In this document: positions 48,144-59,625 of the stretch, in pieces | Position numbering within the stretch: the stretch's first letter is position 1 | How the letters are laid out: every line of letters begins with the position of its first letter | Assembly (NCBI GenBank): GCA_965231055.1 | Contig: OZ246411.1 | Coordinates: 48,334-112,333, forward strand | Source: an uncultured Candidatus Saccharibacteria bacterium | Lineage (GTDB): Bacteria; Patescibacteriota; CALEFQ01; G965231055 | Reading direction: 5' to 3' | DNA: 64,000 nucleotides | Notes under the pieces: model-generated | The model's database searches: none | Seen by the model: only the letters and a program-made list of their open reading frames with translations | Told to the model about the DNA's origin: nothing | Made by a program: the position numbers and the translations under genes

Positions 48144-48689
48144 TTATCGCATCCGCATTTTCAATTCCCATTTCACAAGATTATCCAAAATATATTGCTG
48201 AAATCGTGCATATTTATTTTGATTTCTGATAATGCGATCGTAATATGATTTTTGCCAGGCAAAATCTACGCCATTTAATTGTCGATGAATTTCGCGGGTT
48301 GTGGATGATTTGAATCCGTGAATGATTTTAGGCAAATGCATTTTGGTGCGATATTGATTATATGAATATTGCGATTGTAGGGAATGCAGATCTGCATTCC
48401 CTACAATCATTGCGGATATCATATCCGCATTTTCAATAATCAATATTCCATGAATATGATCGGGCATGATGATAAAATAACCCAAAACCACATTTTTGAA
48501 ATGAAATGGAATTGATCGCCAACATTCATTCGCAATTTTTCCGATTTGGAATAAAATTATTTTGCCATTTTTTATTTTACCCAAAACACGCTTGCGATCT
48601 TTGACACAAATCGTAATAAAATAATAACCTGGACTACTATAATCATATCTTTTTAATCTGATTGATTTACGATTGCGATATTTTTGCAT
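48144..48689 (-). CDS. RAYT/IS200-like HuH tyrosine transposase carrying an in-frame REP-like palindrome
   Basis: GYYFITICVKDR; HuH PDHIHGIL; catalytic WQKSYYDRII; about 25-aa insert encoded by GTAG-flanked palindrome 48373..48440. Confidence 0.7.
   Translation of the reverse strand: MQKYRNRKSIRLKRYDYSSPGYYFITICVKDRKRVLGKIKNGKIILFQIGKIANECWRSIPFHFKNVVLGYFIIMPDHIHGILIIENADMISAMIVGNADLHSLQSQYSYNQYRTKMHLPKIIHGFKSSTTREIHRQLNGVDFAWQKSYYDRIIRNQNKYARFQQYILDNLVKWELKMRMR
48373..48440. repeat. REP-like element: 34-bp perfect palindrome attGTAGggaatgcagatctgcattccCTACaat plus 19-bp palindrome tgcggatatcatatccgca
   Basis: read directly; lies inside the transposase CDS; 15-nt atccgcattttcaat repeated at 48151 and 48423. 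Confidence 0.7.
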
Positions 48690-48718
48690 AAAAAATCCCC
48701 CCTTTCATAGGAGGGATT
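48686..48718 (-). terminator. groEL terminator
   Basis: atcccccctttcataggagggat hairpin + T-run on minus. Confidence 0.65.
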
Positions 48719-48736
48719 TTGAATTTTGGATAAAAA

Positions 48737-50386
<1,650 letters not shown>

Positions 50387-50402
50387 TTAATATTTAACCA
50401 AT

Positions 50403-50696
50403 TTATTTTTCTACGATTCCTATAATATCTTCTTCCGAAAGAACTAGAAATTCTTTTTCACCTACTTTGAATTCGTCTGCTGAATATTTTTTGAACAAAA
50501 CCATATCTCCTTTTTTTATCAATGGCTTAACCACATTTCCTTCTGGGGTAATTCTGCCGTCACCTATTGCGATAACTTTTCCTTGCTCTGGTTTTTCTTT
50601 GTCTACAGTGTCAGGGAGTACTATTCCTGATTTGGTTTTTTCCTCAACCTTCATTGGTTCGAGGATAACTTTGTCTCGTAGTGGTTTGATTTTCAT
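50403..50696 (-). CDS. groES: co-chaperonin GroES
   Basis: 97 aa, canonical GroES. Confidence 0.95.
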   Translation of the reverse strand: MKIKPLRDKVILEPMKVEEKTKSGIVLPDTVDKEKPEQGKVIAIGDGRITPEGNVVKPLIKKGDMVLFKKYSADEFKVGEKEFLVLSEEDIIGIVEK

Positions 50697-50797
50697 ATAT
50701 TTGAATTTAATTTATACGTAAATTTTTATTGATCAATTCTAGTTTTTAGCTGAGAACTAAAAACTGATCGCTGACTTGCCCTAACATTTTATATCCA

Positions 50798-50824
50798 TTA
50801 GCACTCCCCTGTCAAGAGTGCCAA
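50798..50824. promoter_or_regulatory. CIRCE operator (TTAGCACTC-N9-GAGTGCCAA)
   Basis: matches HrcA-binding CIRCE consensus about 100 nt upstream of groES. Confidence 0.75.
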
Positions 50825-50850
50825 AAATATTGTTTTTTGCTTCATTCTAT

Positions 50851-51843
50851 TTAGTTTTCTACTACTTTTTCATATTCCTTCAAAAACTTTTCTCTAAATT
50901 CTTCTCTTCTATCGTTTTCGTGAAATTTCAAAATCTTGTCGCATACGATCACATCAGTGTTGGGCTTGTCGCTTTTAGTTTTGTGCTCCCTGCTCATATA
51001 CTTTAGCTGCATTTTTTTCACCATTTTTTCGATTAGCCGACCAAAGCGCCCACCCAAAATATTTTCCCATATACTAGCTACCATTTTAGAAAAATTGGTG
51101 TCATCTACTCTTCTCCTGAAAGAAGGACTAAATCCATGAAATCTATAAAACCATCTCCCTATCCACAAATTTGCTTTTTGAAATTTTTTGTAAACCTTGC
51201 CACCTCTTTCATAAATCGGAGCCATAATAGCAATCCAGTTTATAAAATATGGATCATATGGTTTTTTTTGCAGATGTCTAAGATCCAAATATTTATCAGT
51301 CACAAAAAAACTCAAACATAGTTTATTTGATATTTTGAATCTTCTCCACTGTCCCTGAATAGCAAAAAGAAATGTGATAAAAAGTCTAGCCGTCCACATC
51401 CTACCATCCTTTACGATAATAAAAATATCTATATCACTTCTTTCGCTGATTGCATTGATGGGATTTGTATTACATAGCCCAACTAGCTTCACAAAAGGAA
51501 CAAATCTCAATTGTTTAGTCATTTTTACTGCTTTATCCCATCTTTTTATCGCGAGCAAATGCCTATCCCTTCTTGTTTGAATATTGCCTTCTCGATCTTT
51601 GAGAAAATAAAATCCATCCCTAGTTCTAAGTCTCTCTTTGAGCCAATCACTTTCATCAAGTGCCTTGTAAACATCCTCAAGGCTAACTTCAGATTTTCTA
51701 AACTCATCTTTAATCACCAATTCATTTGTGCCCGAGTCTATGCTCTGCAAAAATTTGTATATCTCAAGAACTGTCAGTGGGTATCTGAAAATATCGTAGA
51801 ACACGATGGTTGCCAATATGTCTTTTTCTATGTACGTAGACAT
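50851..51843 (-). CDS. hypothetical protein with minimal nucleotidyltransferase-fold motif
   Basis: VGLCNTNPINAISERSDIDIFII (G-x13-DxD) and later VTDKY acidic residue. Confidence 0.35.
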   Translation of the reverse strand: MSTYIEKDILATIVFYDIFRYPLTVLEIYKFLQSIDSGTNELVIKDEFRKSEVSLEDVYKALDESDWLKERLRTRDGFYFLKDREGNIQTRRDRHLLAIKRWDKAVKMTKQLRFVPFVKLVGLCNTNPINAISERSDIDIFIIVKDGRMWTARLFITFLFAIQGQWRRFKISNKLCLSFFVTDKYLDLRHLQKKPYDPYFINWIAIMAPIYERGGKVYKKFQKANLWIGRWFYRFHGFSPSFRRRVDDTNFSKMVASIWENILGGRFGRLIEKMVKKMQLKYMSREHKTKSDKPNTDVIVCDKILKFHENDRREEFREKFLKEYEKVVEN

Positions 51844-51844
51844 T

Positions 51845-52003
51845 TGATTAGAAGCATTAAAAGGACTAGGGATTAGATATTGGGTGTTAGGTTATGGGTT
51901 TTAGAAGTATTAAAGGATCTAGATGAACTAGAAATTAATCGGTTCTTATAATATCTTTGATGCTTCTAGGTTCACTAAAAACTTTAATCTATAACCTAAC
52001 ACC
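51845..52003. repeat. TTAGAAG/CTAGGG/TTAGAT word-repeat region containing a perfect 13-bp inverted repeat (51883..51895 / 51991..52003)
   Basis: ggtgttaggttat ... ataacctaacacc 95 bp apart; divergent intergenic spacer. Confidence 0.5.
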
Positions 52004-52090
52004 TCGCTCGTAGTGTAACAAGTAATACTACTAATTTTTTTGAACTTTATCAATAAAAATGCTATTATTCCTTATTAATCACAAAAAATT

Positions 52091-52738
52091 ATGTCCATAA
52101 AAAATAGTGAGTCAATGCCGAATAAGCAAGAACAAGAGCCACAAATAGACATCACGCAAAAAACTAAGGAGCTCGAAAAAGCATTAAAATCAAAAAAAAG
52201 CTTCACCCTGATAGAATTAGCATCGATAGCGTCGATACTTCTATGTCTCGGGGGCGTTGTTAAAGAAAGGTTTCCCAAAGTCAGAGGAGAAAACACAAAA
52301 CCAGAAATGTCCACCCCAAGTCAAGAAAAACCTAAACAAAAAATGTGGGAGGAAGATTTTCACACAAACGAACAAAAAAAATCTACTCGTGAAATTAAAT
52401 CAGAGCCGGAACAAAAAAGCGAAGAAGACAAACTTCAAGACGCGATCAAAATGTGCGTAGATGATTTTGAAAAAGGAGCATTCCGCCACAAAACAGAAAG
52501 TCCGGTAAGATGGATGATATTTGATGCAAGACAACCCAAAGAGGGCGAAACTCAAAGCAATTTTGAAATCAATTCGGCAAAAGAACAAATAACTGAAAAA
52601 ATAGACGGAATGATTGATGCAATGCGCACAGAAAAAAATGACGAAGAAGCTGACTACATGGAAGAACTGCGAGACAAGATCTCTGCATGCAATAGCGAGG
52701 AAGAATTAGCAAAACTACAATCCGAGCTTAAACGATAA
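52091..52738 (+). CDS. K/E-rich single-TM protein, hypothetical (possible retron-associated effector)
   Basis: TM FTLIELASIASILLCLGGVV then charged low-complexity tail; ends 70 nt before the retron-like ncRNA. Confidence 0.45.
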   Translation: MSIKNSESMPNKQEQEPQIDITQKTKELEKALKSKKSFTLIELASIASILLCLGGVVKERFPKVRGENTKPEMSTPSQEKPKQKMWEEDFHTNEQKKSTREIKSEPEQKSEEDKLQDAIKMCVDDFEKGAFRHKTESPVRWMIFDARQPKEGETQSNFEINSAKEQITEKIDGMIDAMRTEKNDEEADYMEELRDKISACNSEEELAKLQSELKR

Positions 52739-52807
52739 TCAAACAAATGAAGCAAAGCATTGACAATGCACCAAACAGTGCTATGTTTTTTGTATAAGTC
52801 GGTACAT

Positions 52808-52957
52808 CGGGGACTGGTATTGAAACCGAAAAGGATATCAAAAGATATCTCCGTTTACACAAGTAAGCGGAAGGGAAATCTACAAAGTGGATTTTCCACC
52901 AAAATCAAACTTTTCTATGTCCGACTATGCCAAGTGGGAAAACAAGTCCAGTCCCCG
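52808..52957 (+). ncRNA. retron-like msr/msd non-coding RNA candidate
   Basis: a1 cggggactgg (52808..52817) and a2 ccagtccccg (52948..52957) 10-bp inverted repeat; internal hairpins; 33 nt before the RT start. Confidence 0.45.
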
Positions 52958-52990
52958 CCCCCTTGGTATTAGGACAAAATAGGAGGAATT

Positions 52991-53860
52991 ATGGGTTCTT
53001 TAAAAAATAAATTTGGAAGTGATATCGAAAACCCTATGTTTTATCGCGAGACCATGTTACCCTTTTGCAAAAAGAATCGCACCATCAGTATCCAAAATCA
53101 AGAAATGAGGAAGCTTCAAAAAAGATTTGCAAAATATATTAGGCAAATCAAAAGTTGGAATGAAGAAAAGTCTGTTGTCGTAAATTTGATACTCCATTCA
53201 TATCAAGGAAGATTTTTCTATCTCACAGATATTTGCGATGCCTTTTCATCTGTAAAGCTAGATCGATTTTTGGGAGCTTTTTCAAGGGCGAGCCATAATC
53301 ATTGGAGTGATGCCAAAGAATTTCTGCAAATCTTTTTTTCCGAAAACGGAGAACTAATTACCGGAGGATCAGCATCTCCCGCAATCTTTAGCCTGTACTG
53401 TCACTTATTGCTAGATGTCGAAATCAGAAACGTAATTGAAAATCAACCAATACTGTACACGAGATATGTTGACAACCTAACATTTTCATCACCCAAAAGA
53501 ATTGGAGCTAAGACAAGAAAAGAAATAAGAAGAGCTATGGCAAAAGTTGGGTTTAGACCAAATCATGGTAAATCCAAAGTCCTCGACATAAAAAAGGGAC
53601 CAATAAATATCATGGGACTAAATATGGATGACTCGAGACAGGTATTTTTCCGCAGAGAAATGCTGGCAAAAATTCACGGACTCCTACATTCATACAAGTC
53701 TAGAAAAGATGTCCCAATCGAGGTGTTACTTGGTTATTACGGCATATTCAAAGATCTTTATATAAACCACAGCCACCGCGCAAAAACAACATCACTTTCA
53801 GAAAAAATCAAAGCTCAATTTCAAGAACTATTTTTACAAACACGAGGGGATTATTTTTGA
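52991..53860 (+). CDS. retron-type reverse transcriptase (YXDD box = YVDN)
   Basis: RT motifs KKNRTISIQNQEMRKLQ (1), NLILH (NAxxH), FYLTDICDAF (A), GGSASPAIFSLY (B'), YTRYVDNLTFSS (C), IMGLNM (VTG-like); SD aggagg. Confidence 0.75.
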   Translation: MGSLKNKFGSDIENPMFYRETMLPFCKKNRTISIQNQEMRKLQKRFAKYIRQIKSWNEEKSVVVNLILHSYQGRFFYLTDICDAFSSVKLDRFLGAFSRASHNHWSDAKEFLQIFFSENGELITGGSASPAIFSLYCHLLLDVEIRNVIENQPILYTRYVDNLTFSSPKRIGAKTRKEIRRAMAKVGFRPNHGKSKVLDIKKGPINIMGLNMDDSRQVFFRREMLAKIHGLLHSYKSRKDVPIEVLLGYYGIFKDLYINHSHRAKTTSLSEKIKAQFQELFLQTRGDYF

Positions 53861-53878
53861 TCCCCTTTTTTATTTTTT
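53846..53878 (+). terminator. rho-independent terminator of RT gene
   Basis: ggggattatttttgatcccc + T-run; a second minus-strand terminator follows at 53879..53911. Confidence 0.6.
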
Positions 53879-53925
53879 AAATAAAAAGACCCTCCAACTT
53901 TTGGAGGGTCTATATGGACTACTAT

Positions 53926-54228
53926 TTATTTAGCTGTGAACCACTTGATGCTGGTGATCAATGCCCATACCCAAGCGATCATCATTAGAGGGATTCCGAT
54001 AATCATTCCAATTATGGTCCAGATCAATACCCATCCTACCAAAGCTAGAACCAACTGGATAACTCCTGGCTTCATTTGCTTGGCAATAATTGTTCCAAGT
54101 CCAGGAAGAACTGCTATGTTGACGATCAAACCGACGATTTTCAAAGTCTGGTTTGGATCTGATGGCTGTGTGGCAGGTCCTGTTGGAGGAGTCTGCTGTG
54201 GAGCCGACTGCTGTGCTTGATTTTCCAT
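53926..54228 (-). CDS. small 2-TM membrane protein with Q/P-rich N-terminus
   Basis: MENQAQQSAPQQTPP + 2-3 TM; resembles the N-terminus of 47702..48061. Confidence 0.45.
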   Translation of the reverse strand: MENQAQQSAPQQTPPTGPATQPSDPNQTLKIVGLIVNIAVLPGLGTIIAKQMKPGVIQLVLALVGWVLIWTIIGMIIGIPLMMIAWVWALITSIKWFTAK

Positions 54229-54303
54229 TTATTTGGTTAATTAGTTTTTTAAATACTAAACTTATTTCGAATACGCCTTCGAAATATCAAAAAGATTATA
54301 TCA

Positions 54304-57171
54304 CTATCTTTTGGCGTCTGCAATTGCTTTTGCAAGATACTTAGAAGTGTACCCTTTTTTACTACTTACAATCTTTTCTGGGGTTCCTTCTGCGATAATG
54401 CTGCCTCCCCCTTCTCCACCCTCCATACCAAGATCGATAATATGATCTGCTGACTTTATTATATCCAATTGATGCTCGATCACCAATACAGAATTACCTT
54501 TATCAACTAATCTCTGAAGAACTTCCAACAGTCTTTTTATATCATCAAAATGAAGGCCAGTAGTCGGTTCATCTAGAATATAAAGAGTTTTTCCTGTATC
54601 TCTCCTAGAAAGCTCCGTGGCAAGCTTGATTCTCTGTGCTTCTCCCCCAGAAAGAGTGGTAGCTGGCTGTCCTATTTTTATATACCCAAGTCCCACGTCA
54701 AAAAGGGTTCTCAGCTTGCGTTTGATAAGCGGCACATTTCCAAAAAATCCCATCGCTTCTTCTACATTCATATCTAGCACATCTGATATTGTTTTTTCTT
54801 TGTAGTGAATATCTAGCGCCTCCTTGTTATACCTTTTTCCTTTGCACTCATCGCATTCTACATATATATCAGGTAAAAACTGCATTTCTATTTTTACAAA
54901 ACCATCTCCCTGACACGCTTCACATCTCCCGCCTTTTACATTGAAACTAAATCTGCCAGCTTTGTATCCACGCATTCTAGCTTCGGGAGTTTGTGCAAAT
55001 AAATCTCGTATAAAAGTAAATACACCTGTATATGTAGCTGGGTTTGATCTGGGACTTCTGCCTATGGGAGATTGATCTATGGTAACTACTTTGTCTATGT
55101 TTTCAATTCCAGAAATAGTTTTATGTTCTCCTGGAGCATCCTTTGCTCCGTAAAATTCTTTGGCCAAAACTTTTGACAAAATATCATGAATCAATGTTGA
55201 TTTGCCAGAACCCGAAACTCCGGTTACAGCAACTAGTTTACCCAAAGGAATTTTTGCATCTATATTTTTAAGATTGTTTTCTTTGGCTCCTTTGATAACA
55301 ATAAATTTACCATTGCCTTTTCTGCGTTTTTTGGGAACCTCGATAACTTCTTTTCCGGAAAGGTATTGACCGGTAAGTGATGTTTTTGATTTTTTGATTT
55401 GTTCAGGGGTACCCTCAAAAATAACTTCTCCTCCGTATTCTCCAGCGCCAGGACCAATATCTATAATATAATCAGCCTCCCTCATCATCTCTTCATCATG
55501 TTCAACTACAATAACAGTATTGCCCAAATCCTTTAGCCTTTTTAATGTATCTATTAATTTTTGGTTGTCCCTTTGGTGAAGTCCTATAGATGGCTCGTCC
55601 AAAATATAAAGCACTCCCGTGAGCCCTGATCCTATCTGAGTAGCAAGTCGGATTCTCTGCGCTTCTCCCCCAGCAAGAGTTGCCGATGCACGATTCAAAG
55701 TGAGATAAGCCACCCCCACATCTATCAAAAATTCGAGTCGGCTTTTTATTTCCTTCATCACCTGCTTTGCGATTTGCTTTTCTCTTTTTGAAAAAGTTGT
55801 TTCTGTTTGATTGAAAAATTCTATCGCTTCACCTATGTTCATAGCAGAAACCTCTGCGATATTTTTTTTGTTTAAAATAATACTGAGAGCTTCTTTTTTA
55901 AGTCTTGTTCCATTACATGAAGGACAGACGTAAGTCCTCATATATCTTTCTGTTTCTGTACGCACATAGTCCGAATCAGTTTCTTTGTATCTTCTTTCCA
56001 TTTGAGGAATAACTCCTTCAAAGTGAGTATTGAAGGTGCCAGAAAATCTATCAGTATCTGCTTCTATCACTATTTCTTTGTCCTTTGCGCCATACAAAAT
56101 CAAATCCATTGTTTTTTTGGAAAGCTTTGAGACTGGCGCATCCATAGAAAAATCAAACTCCTTGGCAAGAGCTTCCAAATGACGCATATACCAAGTAGGT
56201 TTGCCTTGGGTTCTGCTCCACGGTCTTATCGCTCCCTCGCGCAAACTCAATTTTTTATTGGGAATAACTAGGTCAGGATCTACTTCTAGTTTCAAACCCA
56301 AACCAGAGCATTCTGTGCAAGCGCCATGAGGGGAATTGAAAGAAAAAAGTCGTGGCTGTATTTCTGGAATAGAAATTCCGCACTTGGCGCAAGCGAAGTG
56401 CTCACTAATGGTTTTCTCTTCTTTGGTTTCAGGATCAAGCAAAATAATGATTCCATTACCAAAATCAAGAGCAGTTTCCACGGAATCAGCGATCCGCGAA
56501 CGATCAGGGTGTTCAGATATATCGCCCTCAAATTTTGAAATAATAATTCTATCAACCACAACATCTATAGAATGCTTTTTGTTTTTGTCCTTTTTCTTTT
56601 CTATGGCTTCATCTATTTCCATAACAGTTCCGTCCAATCTTATTCTGACAAAACCAGATTTTCTAATACCTTCCAAGGTGTCTTTATGTTCACCTTTTCT
56701 GTCTGTTACAACGGGAGCCATGACGATAAGTTTTTTTCCATCTTGCATTCCCAAAATACTATCCGTGATTTGAGTTGGGCTTTGGGATTTGATTTCTATT
56801 CCGCACTTGGGGCAATGAGGCTTCCCCACTCTAGCAAAAAGCAATCTTACATAATCATAAATTTCAGTAACAGTTCCTACGGTAGATCTTGGATTTTTTG
56901 AAGTGCTTTTTTGATCTATGGAAATCGCTGGAGAAAGTCCTTCGATCTGATCCACATCAGGTTTATCCATCAAACCCAAAAACTGCCTAGCATAAGCAGA
57001 CAATGATTCTACATATCTTCTTTGACCCTCGGCATAAATAGTATCAAAGGCGAGAGAGGATTTTCCCGAACCAGAAAGACCCGTGATCACCACGAGTTTA
57101 TCTCTAGGAATGTCTATATCAATATTTTTTAGGTTGTGCACCCTGGCACCTCTGATTTTTATTGATTTCAT
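54304..57171 (-). CDS. uvrA: excinuclease ABC subunit UvrA
   Basis: two ABC modules with zinc fingers, 955 aa. Confidence 0.95.
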   Translation of the reverse strand: MKSIKIRGARVHNLKNIDIDIPRDKLVVITGLSGSGKSSLAFDTIYAEGQRRYVESLSAYARQFLGLMDKPDVDQIEGLSPAISIDQKSTSKNPRSTVGTVTEIYDYVRLLFARVGKPHCPKCGIEIKSQSPTQITDSILGMQDGKKLIVMAPVVTDRKGEHKDTLEGIRKSGFVRIRLDGTVMEIDEAIEKKKDKNKKHSIDVVVDRIIISKFEGDISEHPDRSRIADSVETALDFGNGIIILLDPETKEEKTISEHFACAKCGISIPEIQPRLFSFNSPHGACTECSGLGLKLEVDPDLVIPNKKLSLREGAIRPWSRTQGKPTWYMRHLEALAKEFDFSMDAPVSKLSKKTMDLILYGAKDKEIVIEADTDRFSGTFNTHFEGVIPQMERRYKETDSDYVRTETERYMRTYVCPSCNGTRLKKEALSIILNKKNIAEVSAMNIGEAIEFFNQTETTFSKREKQIAKQVMKEIKSRLEFLIDVGVAYLTLNRASATLAGGEAQRIRLATQIGSGLTGVLYILDEPSIGLHQRDNQKLIDTLKRLKDLGNTVIVVEHDEEMMREADYIIDIGPGAGEYGGEVIFEGTPEQIKKSKTSLTGQYLSGKEVIEVPKKRRKGNGKFIVIKGAKENNLKNIDAKIPLGKLVAVTGVSGSGKSTLIHDILSKVLAKEFYGAKDAPGEHKTISGIENIDKVVTIDQSPIGRSPRSNPATYTGVFTFIRDLFAQTPEARMRGYKAGRFSFNVKGGRCEACQGDGFVKIEMQFLPDIYVECDECKGKRYNKEALDIHYKEKTISDVLDMNVEEAMGFFGNVPLIKRKLRTLFDVGLGYIKIGQPATTLSGGEAQRIKLATELSRRDTGKTLYILDEPTTGLHFDDIKRLLEVLQRLVDKGNSVLVIEHQLDIIKSADHIIDLGMEGGEGGGSIIAEGTPEKIVSSKKGYTSKYLAKAIADAKR

Positions 57172-57174
57172 TGA

Positions 57175-57285
57175 TTAGATGTATTAGTAGAACTAGAAGG
57201 ATTAGGAGAATTAGAACTACGTCATTACTGATACTTCTAATCCTACTAGTACTTCTAGCTCATCTAATAAGCAAGCTAATATTGT
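57175..57285. repeat. about 110-bp imperfect palindrome built from TTAGATG / TAGAACTAGAAGG / ATTAGGAG words
   Basis: left arm and reverse complement of right arm alignable; immediately 5' of uvrA start. Confidence 0.55.
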
Positions 57286-57326
57286 ACACTCGCAAAAGGA
57301 GCATGTCAACGATACGATCAGCAACC

Positions 57327-57466
57327 AGTTTTCAGTATTCAATAGCTCTCGGCAGCTGATTGCTAATTGCCAATAGCCGAATGAAAACTGAGTACTAAAT
57401 ACTGAACACTTAATACAAAAAAGACCCCCTAGATTAGGAGGTCTTGATGAAAACTGAATACTCAAT
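57327..57466. repeat. AGTATTCAGT-type intergenic repeat R4
   Basis: cagttttcagtattcaat ... gaaaactgagtactaaatactgaacacttaatac ... gaaaactgaatactc. Confidence 0.55.
57414..57444 (-). terminator. rho-independent terminator
   Basis: agaccccctagattaggaggtct + T6 on minus. Confidence 0.6.
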
Positions 57467-59460
57467 CTATCTCTTATAATATATCCCGTCATATTTTATA
57501 CCCGAAACATTTCCCATAGCATCTCGATACTGAGCGTAAACATATTTAGTGCCATTATTGGAATTGCCACCGTATGATGTTGAGGTAAGCTGCCACTTGG
57601 GATAGAGAGTTCTGTAAACCTTCCACCCAGTCCAACTCACACCATTGTTTGAAAATCTCATGAGCACTACTCCAGATAGCGAATCAGTTGAAGATGGCAA
57701 TAGATTTACATAGCTTGAATGGTTTGTTTGATCAGCATTCTCTATGGTGAGTGAACCCTTGGGTGGCGCTCTATCATAAATAATACTGTCGTATTTCTTA
57801 TTTGAAATATTACCTGCAGAATCTTTAAGTTGAGCATATACATATTTCTTTCCACTCTTGGCATTGCCACCGTATGCTGAAGTAACTAGATTCCAAGAAG
57901 CTTTTGATTGATAAGGAATCCAGGCTGACCAGTGTTTGCTGTCGCTTGAAAAACGCATGAGATGTGTACCTGAACTATATACACTAACTTTGATCCTCTT
58001 TGTTCCCGTGTACTGATCCCCCTTGTTTATTCTGATGAAGCCAGAGGGAGGTGTGTGATCGTAAATTATAGTATCTGATTTTGAAGAAGTGGTTCCTGCG
58101 ACATCTTTGTATTGCGCATAAACTCTCTTGGTTCCACTGTTGGAATTGCCACCATAACTAGAATTGGCCAAATTCCAATTATATGTAGAAGAATAGACTT
58201 TCCATCCGGTCCAATGAGAACCGTCATTTGAAAAGCGCATACGATATATTCCGCTTCCTGAGTTTCTCAAAGCCACGCTTGTGGAAGTGGTATATGTATT
58301 ACCCCCCTTTATAGTAATACCTGTACCTGAGAGAGCTGTATATCCAAAAGCATATTTTAGATCGCCATCGCCTTCATCATAATAGGAAATATGTGCGTTA
58401 CCATTTTCATCTATTGCGAGAGAGTTTGCACTTCCTACTTCAGTATTGCCATCAGCTACTTCATGGTACCAAGTTGAGCCTGATTTATACGAATAAAGAA
58501 GCAAACCACTATTAAATTCATAATAGGCTATTCTAGGATTACCATTTCCATCTAGGGCAATAGAATTATTCATACCATAACTTCCAGTATCATCACGCAC
58601 TGTCTCGAGAGACCAGTTCGTACCTGTCTTTTTAGCATATTTCAATTTTTCACTATCGTTATCGTGATATGAAACATGTACATTGCTATCGCAATCAATT
58701 GCAATTGAAGTTCCGAGCTGTATTGTTCCTGAATCGTCTATGGCTTCAAGAGTCCAAACTCCCCCAGTTAAATCTCCTGAGTGGGAAGCCAGTTTTACAT
58801 AGCCACTACTTACATCTATATAACTCATACGTGGCTGATTTGTATTATCATCTACTGCGATATCAATATAGTATCCGGTAGTAAAAATTGCATCTTCCAC
58901 AACCACTTTCAACCAACCACCCCCATATGGTCGATACATATATTTGAGACTATCATCGGTAGCGTCAAAGTAGCCAATATGCACTCCCCTATTTTCATCT
59001 ATCGCAATGGATGAAAAGCCTCCCACTTCAGCGTCATTGTCTATAGTTGTCACCTGCCAGTCTCCATCTTCATTGGAAGCGTATTTCAGGGAGCTATTGG
59101 TAGCATCAAAATAACTAATGGCGTAAATATCATTGTCTTCATCGTAAGCAATTCCAATATCCGTACCCACATCTCCTCCACTGTCCAAAATCTGAGTACT
59201 CCAAGTATCATCACCATTCTGGTAAGCATATTTCAAATCGCCACTAGTTTCATCTCTATATGCAATATGAGCAAGTCCGTTATTATCTAGCACGATAGAA
59301 GTATATCCCCCCTTGTCCCCAGCTGATTCTATGATTTCTCTTGACCAAGTTTTGGCCCACGTAGTTGCTCCAAAAGTCAATAAACCAAAGACAATTACTA
59401 TTACAAAAACTACGCCTTTTACAACGGGCGTTGGCTCTGCGAATAATGAATGGTTTTTCA
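57467..59460 (-). CDS. cell-surface repeat protein (beta-propeller-like LKYA repeats + three about 70-aa MRFSxxGxxWTGWKVY repeats)
   Basis: signal/TM; internal tandem repeats; start set to MKNHSLF. Confidence 0.55.
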
Positions 59461-59625
59461 TTTTTTGTTTTTTAGTTTTATATTTTAATATTATACAACA
59501 CATTCAATATGGTGCAAAATGCATCATTTTTTGCGAGATAAACCTTGAATATCTATCGTGGCAAATTACCCAAAGAAAAAGGAGTTCTAGCAAAAGCCAG
59601 AACTCCCCCAAATTACAATTTTGAT

